From Octopus vulgaris (Eukaryota), in contig OX597820.1 of assembly GCA_951406725.2 (NCBI GenBank), forward strand, positions 98,642,001-98,706,000: a stretch of 64,000 nucleotides of DNA, given 5' to 3'. Within the stretch, counting starts at the first letter, position 1. Each line of letters begins with the position of its first letter. A model generated the notes under the pieces. It had not been told where the DNA came from. It ran no database searches and worked only from the letters and a program-made list of their open reading frames with translations. The position numbers were made by a program, and so were the translations under genes. This document shows, in pieces, positions 51,771 to 64,000 of this stretch.

Positions 51771-53019
51771 TTCCCGCCGTTTTTTTTTTTAAAGGTTTAA
51801 TAATAAAAAAATAAGAACTAATTAATCAATAATGTATTCGCTCTTGTTGTTTACAACTTCTTCCCAACGTTAAACAAGATTTGCAATACCTCGTTGGTAG
51901 AAATCACCCGATTTCGACTCGAAAAATTGATCCAACCAAGCTCACAATTCCACATCAGTACTGAACGAAACTCCGCGCATAGCATTTGAAGGAGATCGAA
52001 AAAGGTGGAAATTTGTTGGTGCCAAATCAACAAAGTACGGTGGGTGTAGCAGCACTTCACAGCCATGCGTTTGAATGGCTTCCTTGGTCATATTGGCAAT
52101 ATGAGGGTGGGCGTTGTAGTGCAGCAGAAGAACTCCATGCTGATGATTAGGTCTTTTCTCTTGAATAGCCGTGGTGAGTCGTTCCATCTGTTGAACACAG
52201 AGTTCCGGGTTGACCGTTTGGTTCCGTTCAAGCAATTCGTAATGGATAATCCCTTCCCAGTCCCACTATACGCTAAACATCGTTTTACGCGGATGAAGGT
52301 CTTGTTTCACGTGCGGTGTCGCTTGTTTACTGGGGATAAACCATTCCTTAAGCTGCTTCATATTGATGTACAGACACCAGTGACGATTCGGTAAAGAAAT
52401 CGTTGCTTGTGTCCATGAGTTGAGCGGTGACAAGCAAGCAAACCAGCAGAGCTTGTGGCTCGTTAATTTTTGTTGTCACTTAAAGCATGCGGAATCCATG
52501 CGCCATACTTCTGAATCTTTCCCATCGAGTGAAGATGCTTCTCTATAGCAGTGCGGGAGCATTCCATTTTCTCTGCCAGTTCCCTTGTCGTTTGACGAGA
52601 ATTTTCGTGCAAAATTTGGTTTAATCGCTCTTCATCGAACTCAGCTGGATGGCCAGAACGAGGTTCGTCTTTGAGGTCAAAATATCCATTTTTGAACTTG
52701 GAATCACGAGCGGTTCATTCAGCTCTGACACTCTCTCCATACACAGCACAAATGTCGCGAGCAGTTTTTGCGGCCTTAGAACCTTGCTTAAAAGCAAAAG
52801 GAGGGAGGTGTCAAAAATGCTCGTTTTTCTTAACTTGACATTTCATTCTAGTGATCTGAAAATACATAAAAATTAACTAAAATTAACTAGAAAAAAACAA
52901 ACAAAATAGATTCAAAAATGATTCAAAAATAGAATTCTCGAAAAAAATAGATTCCAAATTTTAAAAACGCAATAAATTCCAAATTTAAAAAAACGGTGGG
53001 AACTTAGTTGCCAACCCAA
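51771..53019 (-). mobile_element. Mariner element nested in the Helitron helicase
   Basis: Right TIR aaaaaacggtgggaacttagttgccaacccaa+TA; left TIR only ttcccgccgtttttt; splits helicase PVE/LKS. Confidence 0.92.
51822..52846 (-). pseudogene. Mariner transposase pseudogene
   Basis: MKCQVKKNEHF start; LLHYNAHPH (consensus LLHDNARPH) and HPPYFVDLAPTNFHLF (consensus HPPYSPDLAPSDYHLF); stops and frameshifts. Confidence 0.9.
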
Positions 53020-54137
53020 TACTCAAATCCACTAGGATGCCACCGCGTAACTTGACACCAAAGCTAGGTGCTCCCATTATGTTGCTTAGGAATTTTGACC
53101 CACATCACCTGTGTAATGGAACTCGCTTAACTGTTACTTCCATGAAGGCCCATGTCCTAGAGGCAGCAACCATAACAGGTAGTCACAAAGAAGAAAATGT
53201 TTTTATTCCAAAAATTCCTCTCATACCTACAGATGTTCCGTTTGAATTTAAGAGTTTTCAGTTTCCAGTCAAACTAAGTTTTGCTATTTCAATCAACAAA
53301 TCTCAGGGTCAATCCCTCAAGGTAGTTGGACTTGATCCCTCTACTACATGCTTCTCCCACGAGTTGGAAGCAGCAGCAATTTATTCATTTGGATACCAAC
53401 AAAAATTACACAATGACTATTGTTTACCCTGAGGTGCTTCAAGATTGATAGATTTTCAGTTCTAAATTCGATTAGGAATACAATTTGGATTTTTTTAAAC
53501 AAAATATAGATATTTTAAAATAATTATGGGGAAGAAAACATACCTTCAGAGTTATTGTTTACTAATCTGAATAAGAACAGCAGTAACCCGGGCAACGCCG
53601 GGTCTTTCAGCTAGTACTATATAAAAGTTCTTGACAAAAATTAACAAATGGGGACGGAAGCATTGCTCAGAAAATGCTCAGTACTAAAATAATGTGAAGA
53701 CATTAACAACAAGCCATAAGCAAAATTAAACATGATACAATGGCTGATTTATTGCAGTTATGACCAGAATTTTGAGTCCTGAGTTCTCGGGTTGCAGACT
53801 TATTCCGCCATCTGGTTTGACAGGGTCACTTAGCCTCTGGATGCCTTTAAGCCTCTTAATGTCTTTTCAGTTGTATGAACATATATCGTGCGAAGCGGTG
53901 TAAAATAAACATATTGTCTAAACTCATGATTAATATGTTTGAGTGGATTCGGACATGAAAAGATCTTTTGCTGCAGGAATAGACCAGAGCGAAAATTTTC
54001 CACTTTGAATTGTGTAAAAACGCTTATTATTTCGGTTTCTGGGTGATGTCACTGAATCGTAGGGTACATTCGTTTCTGCATCTTCTGCTTCGTCAGATAT
54101 GAAAACCAACACATCACTCTCCCGGGGATATTCCTGA

Positions 54138-54169
<32 letters not shown>

Positions 54170-54265
54170 CAGACAGACAAGCAGAGAGAAAGTGCATGTT
54201 AAATTAATTGCAGAATACAAATTCAAAATTTAGAAAGAGAGGGAAAATGATAGTGATACTGTCAT

Positions 54266-54307
<42 letters not shown>

Positions 54308-54326
54308 AGCTCTTGAAGTTGATAAC

Positions 54327-54367
<41 letters not shown>

Positions 54368-54693
54368 CGACGACGATAATGATGATAATGATGATAATGA
54401 TGATGACGACGACGACAACGACGCTGATGATAGTTGTCGTGGTGGTAGTGATGGTGGGTGGGGAGGTGATGACGACGACAATATCAACGACGATGATGAG
54501 GAAAATAATAAAAATAATCAATTAGCATACCTACAATAGCTACCCTGCTAACCCAAAGATCTTAGATAAAATACCGCGCCTGCCAACAACACTGATAGCA
54601 ATGAAGGGGTTACCCTCGGTAACAGAAACAATTAAATGATATCAGACTTTCCACTACTACTACTACTACGACTACTACTACTACTACTACTAC

Positions 54694-54727
<34 letters not shown>

Positions 54728-54864
54728 ATAACCACAAACACTACCCATATCAACATCAACATCACCGAGCCACCGAGGAAGCCCTTCTAAAGCATATATT
54801 TCATCAGCGCCCCCTGGTAAATTCGGTCAGAACTGAAAAACTTTAAATTTTTCTTCTTCTCCCC

Positions 54865-55082
<218 letters not shown>

Positions 55083-55257
55083 AAGGCAACAAGCTGGCAG
55101 AATCGTTTGTACGCTGAGCTCAAATTCCACCGAGGCCTGACGTTACCTCTCATCCTTTCAGGGCCGATAAAGTCAGTACCAGTTAACCTCTGACTTCAAG
55201 GTAATCGACTTACCTCAACTCACCTGAAATTGCTGGCCTTGTACCAAAATTTGAAAC
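55083..55257 (+). mobile_element. Family-A SINE (diverged)
   Basis: aaggcaacaagctggcagaatcgtt...ggccttgtaccaaaatttgaaa. Confidence 0.65.
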
Positions 55258-55416
55258 TAGAATTTATTATGCATTTAATATAATAACTAACAAAAATAAA
55301 TTGTACAAAAGGATATAAAACTATTTGATTTGCTAATTAGTTTCAGTATGTGATAATCCTATTTATTTTCACATTCTGCTCCTTATTATTTAGCAGTACT
55401 CTCCGTACCCTTCGGT

Positions 55417-55631
55417 TTACTCTTACTCTTACTCTTTTACTTGTTTCAGTCATTTGACTGCGGCCATGCTGGAGCACCGCCTTTAGTCGAGCAACTCGAC
55501 CCCGGGACTTATTCTTTGTAAGCCCAGTACTTACTCTATCGGTCTCTTTTGCCGAACCGCTAATGACGGGGACGTAAACACACCAGCATCGGTTGTCAAG
55601 CAATGCTAGGGAGACAAACACAGACACACAA

Positions 55632-55710
<79 letters not shown>

Positions 55711-56117
55711 TTTAAATATTTAAAAATTGAGGGAGATAAATTAATATTAATTTTAATATCAATTTAAAACCAGTAGTCCAGCATTCAAAAAATCTGAGGA
55801 GTCAGAGAAAATTCAAATATATGTGTACATATAGAGAATTTCTAGAGAATTTCCTCTAGAGAATTTCCCTTGTAGTTTGATCGTTGATGATCTTCTTCTA
55901 GCATTTTGGCCGGCTACCTAGCAGGCCAGCCCTGCCAATATACATATATATATATACATATATACGGCGGGCTTCTTTCAGTTTCCGTCTACCAAATCCA
56001 CTCACAAGGCTTTGGTCGGCCCGAGGCTATAGTAGAAGACACTTGCCCAAGGTGCCACGCAGTGGGACTGAACCCGGAACCATGTGGTTGGTAAGCAAGC
56101 AACTTACCACACAGCCT
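55417..56117 (-). mobile_element. Family-B SINE with about 230-bp insertion in its internal (TA)n
   Basis: Halves 55417-55660 and 55960-56117 separated by unrelated 55708-55938. Confidence 0.85.
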
Positions 56118-56407
56118 ACTAATTATTACTAATCAGTTTCACTTTTCGTCAAAAGGTCAACAATGACGATCAGGTCACGTTCAACTGAATACAAGGGAAA
56201 CGCTGTTAGGTATTTTTTCATCAACAATTTTTTTTTTTTTGATCCAGGTAAAGATTTGAATTTTGAGGCTACATCGAAATATGCCGCCACTTGTTCTTAA
56301 AGCTGAGCTTCAACACTCCGTCAGTATTTTATATTTCTGATTCTTCAGCAGTGTCAGCATTTTCACCGCAGCTGCGCATCAACTACTAATACCACCACCA
56401 CCACCAC

Positions 56408-56455
<48 letters not shown>

Positions 56456-56474
56456 CAGCAGCAGCAGTAGCAGC

Positions 56475-56519
<45 letters not shown>

Positions 56520-56799
56520 GGTGGTGGTGGTGGTGGTGGTGGTGGTGGTGGTGGTGGTAGTGGTGGTGGTGGTGGTGGTGGTGGTAGTTGTGGTGGTGGT
56601 GGTGGTGGTAGTGGTGGTGGTGGTGGTGGTGGTGGTGGTGGTGGTGGTGGTGGTGGTGATGGTAGTAGTGATGGTAGTGGTGGTGGTGGTGGTGATGGTG
56701 GTGGTGGTGGTGGTGATGGTAGTGATGGTAGTGGTGGTGGTGGTAGTGTTGTTGTTGGTGGTGGTAGTGGTGGTGGTGGTAGTGGTGTTGGTGGTGGTG
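56408..56799. repeat. (TAG)n/(GGT)n microsatellite
   Basis: Directly visible. Confidence 0.95.
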
Positions 56800-57227
56800 C
56801 TTTCGGTGGGGCTTGATGCGCTGTAGGGATAAAAATTCTGCTGTTGCAGGATTGTCCTCTATTATTTGGGTGTTAGAATTAGTCTGTCGCCTAATCTAAT
56901 ACTACCAACAAATCGGTTTAAATCCTTATATGGAATCTTCATATATTCAAATATATTCAACCTGTTCAGAAAAGACCTTGTTTAACGCTCTCCAAATGAT
57001 ATCAGTAAGCCTAACCGTCATTTTTGTGTATTTGTTTCTCTTTATGCGCAAAAAATATTTTTTTTAAAGCTAGGAAGCTGATATTTCCTCCGTTGCAAGT
57101 TTCGTTCGAATAGAACAAGCTTTGAAAGGAATTCAGCTCTAACAACTCAGTTTGTTGTATCAAATTCACTATAATAATTCCCTTTATAATAGTAAACTTT
57201 GTTGTTCAAGCAGGAATCTCTTCTCTA

Positions 57228-57462
57228 TAACTTAATCTGGTATTAATGACCTGTAGGGACACTGTATTTCATTTTGCAACTATAATATACTTTTTAGCAT
57301 GTTATGGTTGTAAAACGAAATACGGTGTCCCTAAAAGTCATTAATATTTATATACCAGCTTACAGAAATGTGTTTCATAAGTAAAATTAGTATATCCAGT
57401 AATGTTACACCGCCATATCTAGTGGCTATTTAAGCAATGAATTCGTTGATGGTTAACCGGTT
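57228..57462 (+). repeat. 235-bp inverted repeat, left copy
   Basis: Reverse complement of 61710-61944 with about 7 differences by eye; internal palindrome 57241-57346. Confidence 0.93.
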
Positions 57463-58425
57463 TAAAACTTCATGAATTTTTTTCGCATGACGATATGTTT
57501 TGTCGTCAAAGAAATTAATTTCGAATCTGTCTTAAAGAGTCTATAAAAGTAATTCAGACAAATGCTCTTTGACAAATCAACGAACCTTAATACATGCGAA
57601 ATTGCAAGCGGCTAATATGTCTCCTTTTGTTTTCTTCCCACAAACTGTCTCAATGAATTTATCATTGGCAGGGAAATACTTCTGGCTCTGTTAAAGGCTT
57701 TGCAAATGACGTATATAATGAATGATGTATCCGACATCGTCGTTGTCGTCGTCGTCCTCATCATCATCATCATCATCATCATCATCGCCGTCAATGCTAA
57801 CGTCGTCGTCGTCGTCGTCGTCGTCATCATCATCACCATCATTATCCTCGTCATAATCGTTGTCGTCGTCCTCGCCATCGATATCATCATTATCATCATC
57901 ATCGGCATGACGATGATGATGTTTTTAGTGATGATGATGACAATAATGCCGATGTTGATATTCTTGGTGATGATGATAATTTATCATCATCATGATGCAA
58001 ACTCCTGGGTTACTTCCTACGCAGTTGATTGTTCTGTCCAAAACAACCAACAAAATTTCTATCAACTCTTTGACGTATTTCAAAATCAGGTCAACGCAAG
58101 AATTTTGAAACTTTAGAAACAGCATGATATAAAACAAATACGGGATGGTAAGTTAATGCAACATATTTGGTGTAGAGAGGATTGAAATCATTATGTGGTG
58201 AGCAAGAAAACAATATAAGTCAAAGAAAAATGCTGTTTCAATTTATAATCCGGCAAGAAGTGGTGCTCTGGACACGTTCCGGTTTTATTACGACTCCATC
58301 AAGGAAACGCAGGCCAAACTGTATTTTTACCGGCCGGAATCTTTCCTAGATGCTGCACATACGCAGGCACATAAATATATACATACTTACATACCGTTAC
58401 GAGGGGACCTCCGTCGAACGAAAGC

Positions 58426-59411
58426 TGTTACGGAATCCCTCACACAGGCCCGTTCGAGGCAGCGAATGTTCGCCACGGAAACTCGGAGAGGAGAGAGACA
58501 GCGACAACAACAGCAGCAGCAGCACAGAGGCAATCGAGAGAGACACAAAGAAGGCAATTGGCTCACATTTACAACTAGTTTATATGACTATTACAACATC
58601 AAATACATTTCAGATACATTTAAAAGAGGACATGCAAGTAACAACTCAATACATCATACAGGTATACCACATATCAAAGCATTTAAACATGCAGATACAA
58701 TATAACAGTCCGGTAACAACACATCAAGTTCAATAACAACAGCAATTCAAGAGTACACGTCCGGAGAGAACAGTTCTGTTTCAAATCACATTAAAGGCGT
58801 ATACAATGTTCATTACACAGTTCTCTCTTCAACAACTCTGCACACAATGTCTTTACACAGTTCACATTGTTCTTTTCACTGTCTCATTTCTTTTCAACAT
58901 TTCGATACATCGATTCTTTTTCCTTCTTTTTCTTCACAAATCGATACACAATTCACGTACCTTAATTCCTACTAGAATAGCCAGTGTCCCATATTGCACC
59001 TCATCTCTCTCAGTACTGCTAACTCCAACTTGCCAAACTCTTGCCCCGAATTCCAAATCCTCGCTCCTAAGTCCAACCGCTCGCTTTCACGACCAAATAC
59101 CGACTACCAAAACCTCTTGCTCTCTCACCACCCCCAATCTCCCCCAGTACTGCTAATATTCTCTCTATCGCCGCTTGGCCCTATCTGCCTGTCTTCATCG
59201 ACGCTGTCACTGTCATTCTCTCACGACAGGCTCCTCAGATTCCTTACTCTGTCTTCCTCGGCCCTCACATTTCTCTGACCCCATTCTCCTCTCTTAATCT
59301 ACTGTCATCTCTCATTACAGCTCACAGATTCCTTACTCTGTCTTCCTCGGCCCCTTCTTGACCGGCAAAAGGCCAAAGGTCCTTCCAAAAGCCATTACTC
59401 TTCCGTAAACA
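58426..59411. mobile_element. Probable solo LTR (Gypsy-type termini)
   Basis: TGTTACGGAA...TTCCGTAAACA ends; flanks aagc/aagg (imperfect 4-bp TSD); internal duplication cagattccttactctgtcttcctcggccc. Confidence 0.5.
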
Positions 59412-59631
59412 AAGGACTATAATTTTGTACTGTAGGCTTTCAGACTCCACTCCCAACAAAGTAGGTCAAGAAATACTGCACCATCCGAACCATTCACAAC
59501 AATACGTATACACGTACGCACGTAAATATATTTGTGCGTGTGTGTATATGTGTATGTGTATGTGCGTATATATATATATGTGTGTGTGTCTGCAATATAT
59601 GTATATATTTATTATACATATATATATATGT

Positions 59632-59716
<85 letters not shown>

Positions 59717-59729
59717 CATATATATACAT

Positions 59730-60318
59730 ATTTTATTAAATGTTGTAAGTATTACAACAGATTTAAGATGCTGAGTACTCATCAGCCAATTATAGAGGTT
59801 TTCCATTGATACAAAAATCTTTAAACCAAGTGACAACATTATAGAGAAGGTAGATATACAGACAAAGATGTGGATTTAAATTTTACCCCTCCTTTACCCC
59901 ATTTCTACAATTAAAAAATCTTTATTGCTTCTAACCTTACAGCAGTCAGGAACAACCATATCTTAGTCAGTCAGTGGAAGGACTTCACTACTTCATATGT
60001 TCTTAAAATTTAAATCCACATCTTTGTCTGTATATCTACCTTCTCTATAGTGTTGCCACTTAATTTGAAAATGTTTGCATTAATGGCAAACCTCTATAAT
60101 TGGCTGATGAGTACTCAGCATCTTAAATCTGTTGTAATACTTACAACATTTAATAAAATGATGTAGTACGAAACGATCGTACCAAATTACCGGAGTCATT
60201 CTTGTTGCTTATTTTCATTATAATCACCCCCACGGATTTTTATGGATAACACCATACAAAATTCTGGTGCATCTAAATTAAGTACCATATTCATTTGAAT
60301 CTAAATTTTTGCTGAACT
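59730..60318 (+). mobile_element. Fold-back non-autonomous element (same family as 12731-13271) in (TA)n
   Basis: Inverted arms 59730-59885 / 60004-60159; shared tail ending aatctaaatttt..ctgaac. Confidence 0.8.
60098..60188 (+). ncRNA. Type I hammerhead ribozyme motif with intact core
   Basis: aattgg-CTGATGA-gtact...agtac-GAAA-cgatcg-TA-ccaaatt; predicted cleavage after 60181. Confidence 0.82.
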
Positions 60319-60599
60319 TATATATATATATACATATACATATATGAGTTTATCGAAACATTTTCTGATACAGTAACAATACTAGAGAACATGTTTTGAT
60401 ACAGTAACATTATTCTTTATATACCAAAAAAATCTTTAAAGAAAAAAATTAATTAACAGAGACTTTCTTGAAGTGCCTTTCGCTTTCTGTTGTTTTTTTT
60501 TTTTCGGCTTTTCAAATTCATGTGTTATATGGTAATTTGTATAGAAGTGATTATTTAGTAACGAGATTTAGTATTTCCGTTTAGTTTCAAATTGAGTTT

Positions 60600-61000
60600 C
60601 TTACGAAATTTTCGTTTTTTTTTTTTCCTTAATTCTTTCATTTTGCTTTTCGTAATTGATCATTTCTTCCCTTATTTTGAAAAATGAGTATATTTTGAAT
60701 GTTCATTTGCACAAATGTTTAAATGTTCACTCCATGGAACATTTATAACAGATTGATTTTTGATTTGTTGCTTATGCACCCTGACACGGTTCTTTAATTT
60801 TTATTCCCTTTCGACTGACCAAACTAATTCCTATTGCATTGTGCAGCTCTTACACATGCTAACAAAAGTTTTCACATTTTGTTACCAACAAAATTTCGTC
60901 TTCCAATGCAAAATTCGCCTTTGTTAAGCGTCTTCGAAATGTGGTTGTTGTCATCTACTGTTAATAACTGTTTTCATTTGATTAGATGATTGGTGTAGAA
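60600..61000 (-). pseudogene. Heavily decayed Penelope GIY-YIG region
   Basis: Minus-strand fragments LTKANF, LKNRVRVHKQQIKNQSVINVPWSEHLNICA, QLRKAK resemble the 45.6-46.0 kb element; boundaries approximate. Confidence 0.6.
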
Positions 61001-61709
61001 TTAGAAGATATCGTTTGCCAAATATAAGCTAAGAATGTAAGTGACTCGAAATGAAATATTTTTGTTTGCGTCTTCCCACTCATTGTAAGAGTTCTGTCTG
61101 TATAGATTGGGATTTATTTGTCTTGGTGATGGCATTATTTACTAAGTTCTTAGGAAATTTTATCTCTGGAAGAGACATTATATTCACTATTTTGTTTGAT
61201 ATTCAGTTTATTTTTACTACCCAACAGTAGAAGTGTGTTTTTCATTTGTACCTATACAAAATGCATTGTTGTATTCTTCAATTTGCTAACAAAGGAAATT
61301 CCTCATTGACGGCAAGCCCACCATTATTTTTTTACCTTTTACTTTTTTAATAATATTATACTCAATTAGTTCACCTTATTATAAATCTAACACTCACTTT
61401 CGTCCGTTAGTGATTATGCATTATCTCTATATTTTTCTTTTTTTTCGTATTATACAGTGACTCATTAAGTCATTACTACATTGTGTTTTCAGTTTAAACT
61501 CTTGTTGATTAATTTCACATCATTTAACAAAAATAGCCATTTAAGTTACTTGCTTAGTTTATCTCTACAGATTTGCTATAGAAATTATAGACGGCACTGA
61601 TTTTGTTACAACGTTTCGTGTCCGAGGACGCCTAATATAAACAACAATGGGATCGAAGATGAAAATGGGTAATGGGTATATATATGCCATATTTCAAAAC
61701 CCGTTAACC

Positions 61710-61944
61710 AACCGGTTAACCATCTACGAATTCATTGTTTAAATAGCCACTAGATATGGCGGTGTAACATTACTGGATATACTAATTTTACATATTAAAC
61801 ACATTTCTGTAAGCTGGTATATAAATATTAATGACTTTTAGGGATACCGTATTTCGTCTTACAACCATAACATGCTAAAAAGTATATTATAGTTGCAAAA
61901 TGAAATACAGTGTCCCTACAGGTCATTAATACCAGATTAAGTTA
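61710..61944 (-). repeat. 235-bp inverted repeat, right copy
   Basis: See 57228-57462. Confidence 0.93.
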
Positions 61945-62004
61945 CGTCCCCTTTGTAACTGTAATTATTTATCTTCTATAAAAAAAAATATGCAAAAAAT
62001 CCAA

Positions 62005-62189
62005 ATGGCATGGCTGTGTGGTAAGGAGCTTGCTTCCCAACCACATGGTTCCGGGTTCAGTCCCACAACGTGGCACCTTGGTTAACTGTCTTCTTCTATA
62101 GCCTTGGGCTGACCAAAGCCTTGTGAGTGGATTTGGTAGACGGAAACTGAAAGAAGCCTCTCGTGTATATATATATATATATATATGTG

Positions 62190-62233
<44 letters not shown>

Positions 62234-62470
62234 GTATGCATGTATATGTTTTGGTGTCCGTGTTTGTCCCCTCACCATCACTTGACCACCGATGTTGATG
62301 CGTTTACGTTCCCGTAACCTAGCGGTTCGGCAAAAAAAGCTGAAAAATAGCTACTATGCTAACAAAGAATAAGTCTTGGCGTCGATTTCTTTGACTAAAA
62401 GGCGGTGCTCCAGCATAGCCGCAGTCAAGTGTCTGAAACAAGTAAAAAGATAAAAGAATAATAGAATAAA
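62005..62470 (+). mobile_element. Family-B SINE
   Basis: Collinear with consensus; internal (TA)n. Confidence 0.85.
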
Positions 62471-62911
62471 AACTTTATCCACTCTGTATTTATTTTATTT
62501 CTAAAACTCCCCCAACGTTTATTTCTCAAACTTCACTTATTCCACATTCATAGCTTTCTTTTAATCTTTTCTTTCTCGTGTTCTTCGCCCTACCTCCACA
62601 TTGTGGCACCTCTATACTTTGATAATTAAAAGTTACGGTATATTTGATCAGATAACTTTGGTTTTGAATTTGCTTTGCAAGATTCGTGATATGCAATTGT
62701 GTATTTGAAACTCACTTTGTTGTACTTTTGGAGGGTCGTTATGCCAATAATAACCAAGCGTATAGGTTCTATATAGAGTTGTTAGTCCTTCATCACACAC
62801 TCAATCAATTAGATAGATGCGTTGCCATTCGCGACCTCATCAATGAAACAGCCTCCCCTGCTCTAGAACAGAGCTGGAGTTGACTTATAATAACAAAAAA
62901 CTTATAACAAT

Positions 62912-63052
62912 TCTTTCTGCTATAGGCACAAGGCCTAAAACATTTAGGGAGGCGCTAGTCGATTAAAACGACACCAGTGCTCAACTGGTACATGATTTAT
63001 CGACTCCAAAAGAAGGAAAGATGAAGCCGACTTCGGCGAAATTTGAACTCAA
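62912..63052 (-). mobile_element. Family-A SINE, partial
   Basis: ggcacaaggcct...caactggtac...atttgaactca. Confidence 0.65.
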
Positions 63053-63443
63053 GCTCATATTACAATAATAGTATAAGTTGACTTATGATAATAAAAGAAA
63101 GTATAATAGAACCAATGCGTGTGTTTATTATTGGCGTAATAACTCTCCCAAGGAACAACATGATCTGATAAAATTGTTTTGATAATTGAATCAATCTCGG
63201 AATTTGTATAGATTACTCTGCCTTAAAATGCATTAAAACCTATATTTAGATTGCAGGCTTCTATGCCTTTACGAACAATAGCATCAAGATGTATGTTCTA
63301 TATGTGTGACTGAGTGCGTGCGCGTGTGCGTATGCGTATGTGTTTGTGAGCGTGTGTGCCCCTGTGCGTAAGTGAATGTGTATATATGTAAGTATATACA
63401 TGTATCTATATATAGTTGTGTGAATACGTATGCACGTACGGGT

Positions 63444-63544
<101 letters not shown>

Positions 63545-64000
63545 TTTTACTCTTTTACTTGTTTCAGCCATCCGGCTGAGGCCATGCTGGGGCACATATA
63601 TATATATATATATTATATATATATTATATATATATATATACATAGATATACATATGTGTGTGTTTGTGCGCGGTCTCTGTGTGTGTATATACATATATAT
63701 GCACACACATTTGTGTGCATGTGTGTGTGTGTGTGTGTAACATGCATATATATACATATATAATGACTGATGGTAGTCTTTCGTACTCTCGTAGTCCTAG
63801 AAAAATGGTTCTGCAGTTTCTTACTGAACGACCTGCACGAAATTTTTAGTAGTGGTTTTTTTTATAGTGATTGAATGTATGTGCTGCACATTGCATTAGC
63901 TTACTTAGTATACTCCCTGCATCCACTTGCAGATCAATGTGGGATGAAGTATTTCGCTTAAGAACACAACGCACCACCTGGAACAGGAACCAAAACCACC

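Larger units (their letters stand above)
49690..53614 (+). mobile_element. Decayed Helitron (N-terminal region + PIF1-family helicase; Rep/HUH region apparently deleted)
   Basis: A|TCTACT 5' end (tentative); 3' hairpin acccgg-gcaacg-ccgggt + CTAG|T; peptides NSAFQLTSFG, FMPTFKVQ, FLDAPGCTEKTFL, VWDECTM, FRQTLPVI, RAILTP, IMLLRN...LCNGTRL, QFPVKLSFAISINKSQGQSL. Confidence 0.9.

Noticed and set aside
53930-54140. Non-repetitive minus-strand ORF segment (EYPRESDVLVF...)
   Set aside because: No recognisable domain or convincing splice sites; cannot be supported without a search.
58350-59278. ORFs within the probable solo LTR
   Set aside because: Low-complexity, no gag/pol motifs.

Overview
This is AT-rich, repeat-saturated animal genomic DNA, intronic or intergenic. 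The SINE families and the density of (TA)n/(CA)n/(GATA)n/trinucleotide microsatellites point to an octopod cephalopod (inference from recognition, no search run). No host protein-coding gene can be supported; almost all listed ORFs are microsatellite translations. The real coding remnants are all from mobile elements: a nearly full-length CR1-group LINE (APE endonuclease + RT, 7.6-10.9 kb), a CR1 3' fragment, two Tx1/L1-type fragments sitting in (GATA)n, an R4/Dong-like 3' end, two Penelope-like elements (RT/GIY-YIG), a decayed Helitron (PIF1 helicase) interrupted by a mariner, and a DD37D-type Tc1/mariner relic. Non-coding content includes many copies of three tRNA-headed SINE families, MITEs, non-autonomous Helitron/Helentron elements, a 5S rRNA pseudogene, a probable solo LTR and a 31-bp minisatellite. 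The most interesting signals are: (1) (TA)n-embedded fold-back elements carrying type I hammerhead ribozymes with a long, covarying stem II (13.05 kb and 60.1 kb); (2) a second repeat family with a non-canonical CUGUNGA hammerhead-like core; (3) a 4.7-kb segment bracketed by ~97% identical, internally palindromic 235-bp inverted repeats; (4) a candidate (GATA)n-targeting Tx1 retrotransposon; (5) a candidate -1 frameshift site joining LINE ORF1 and ORF2. All alignments and folds were done by eye.
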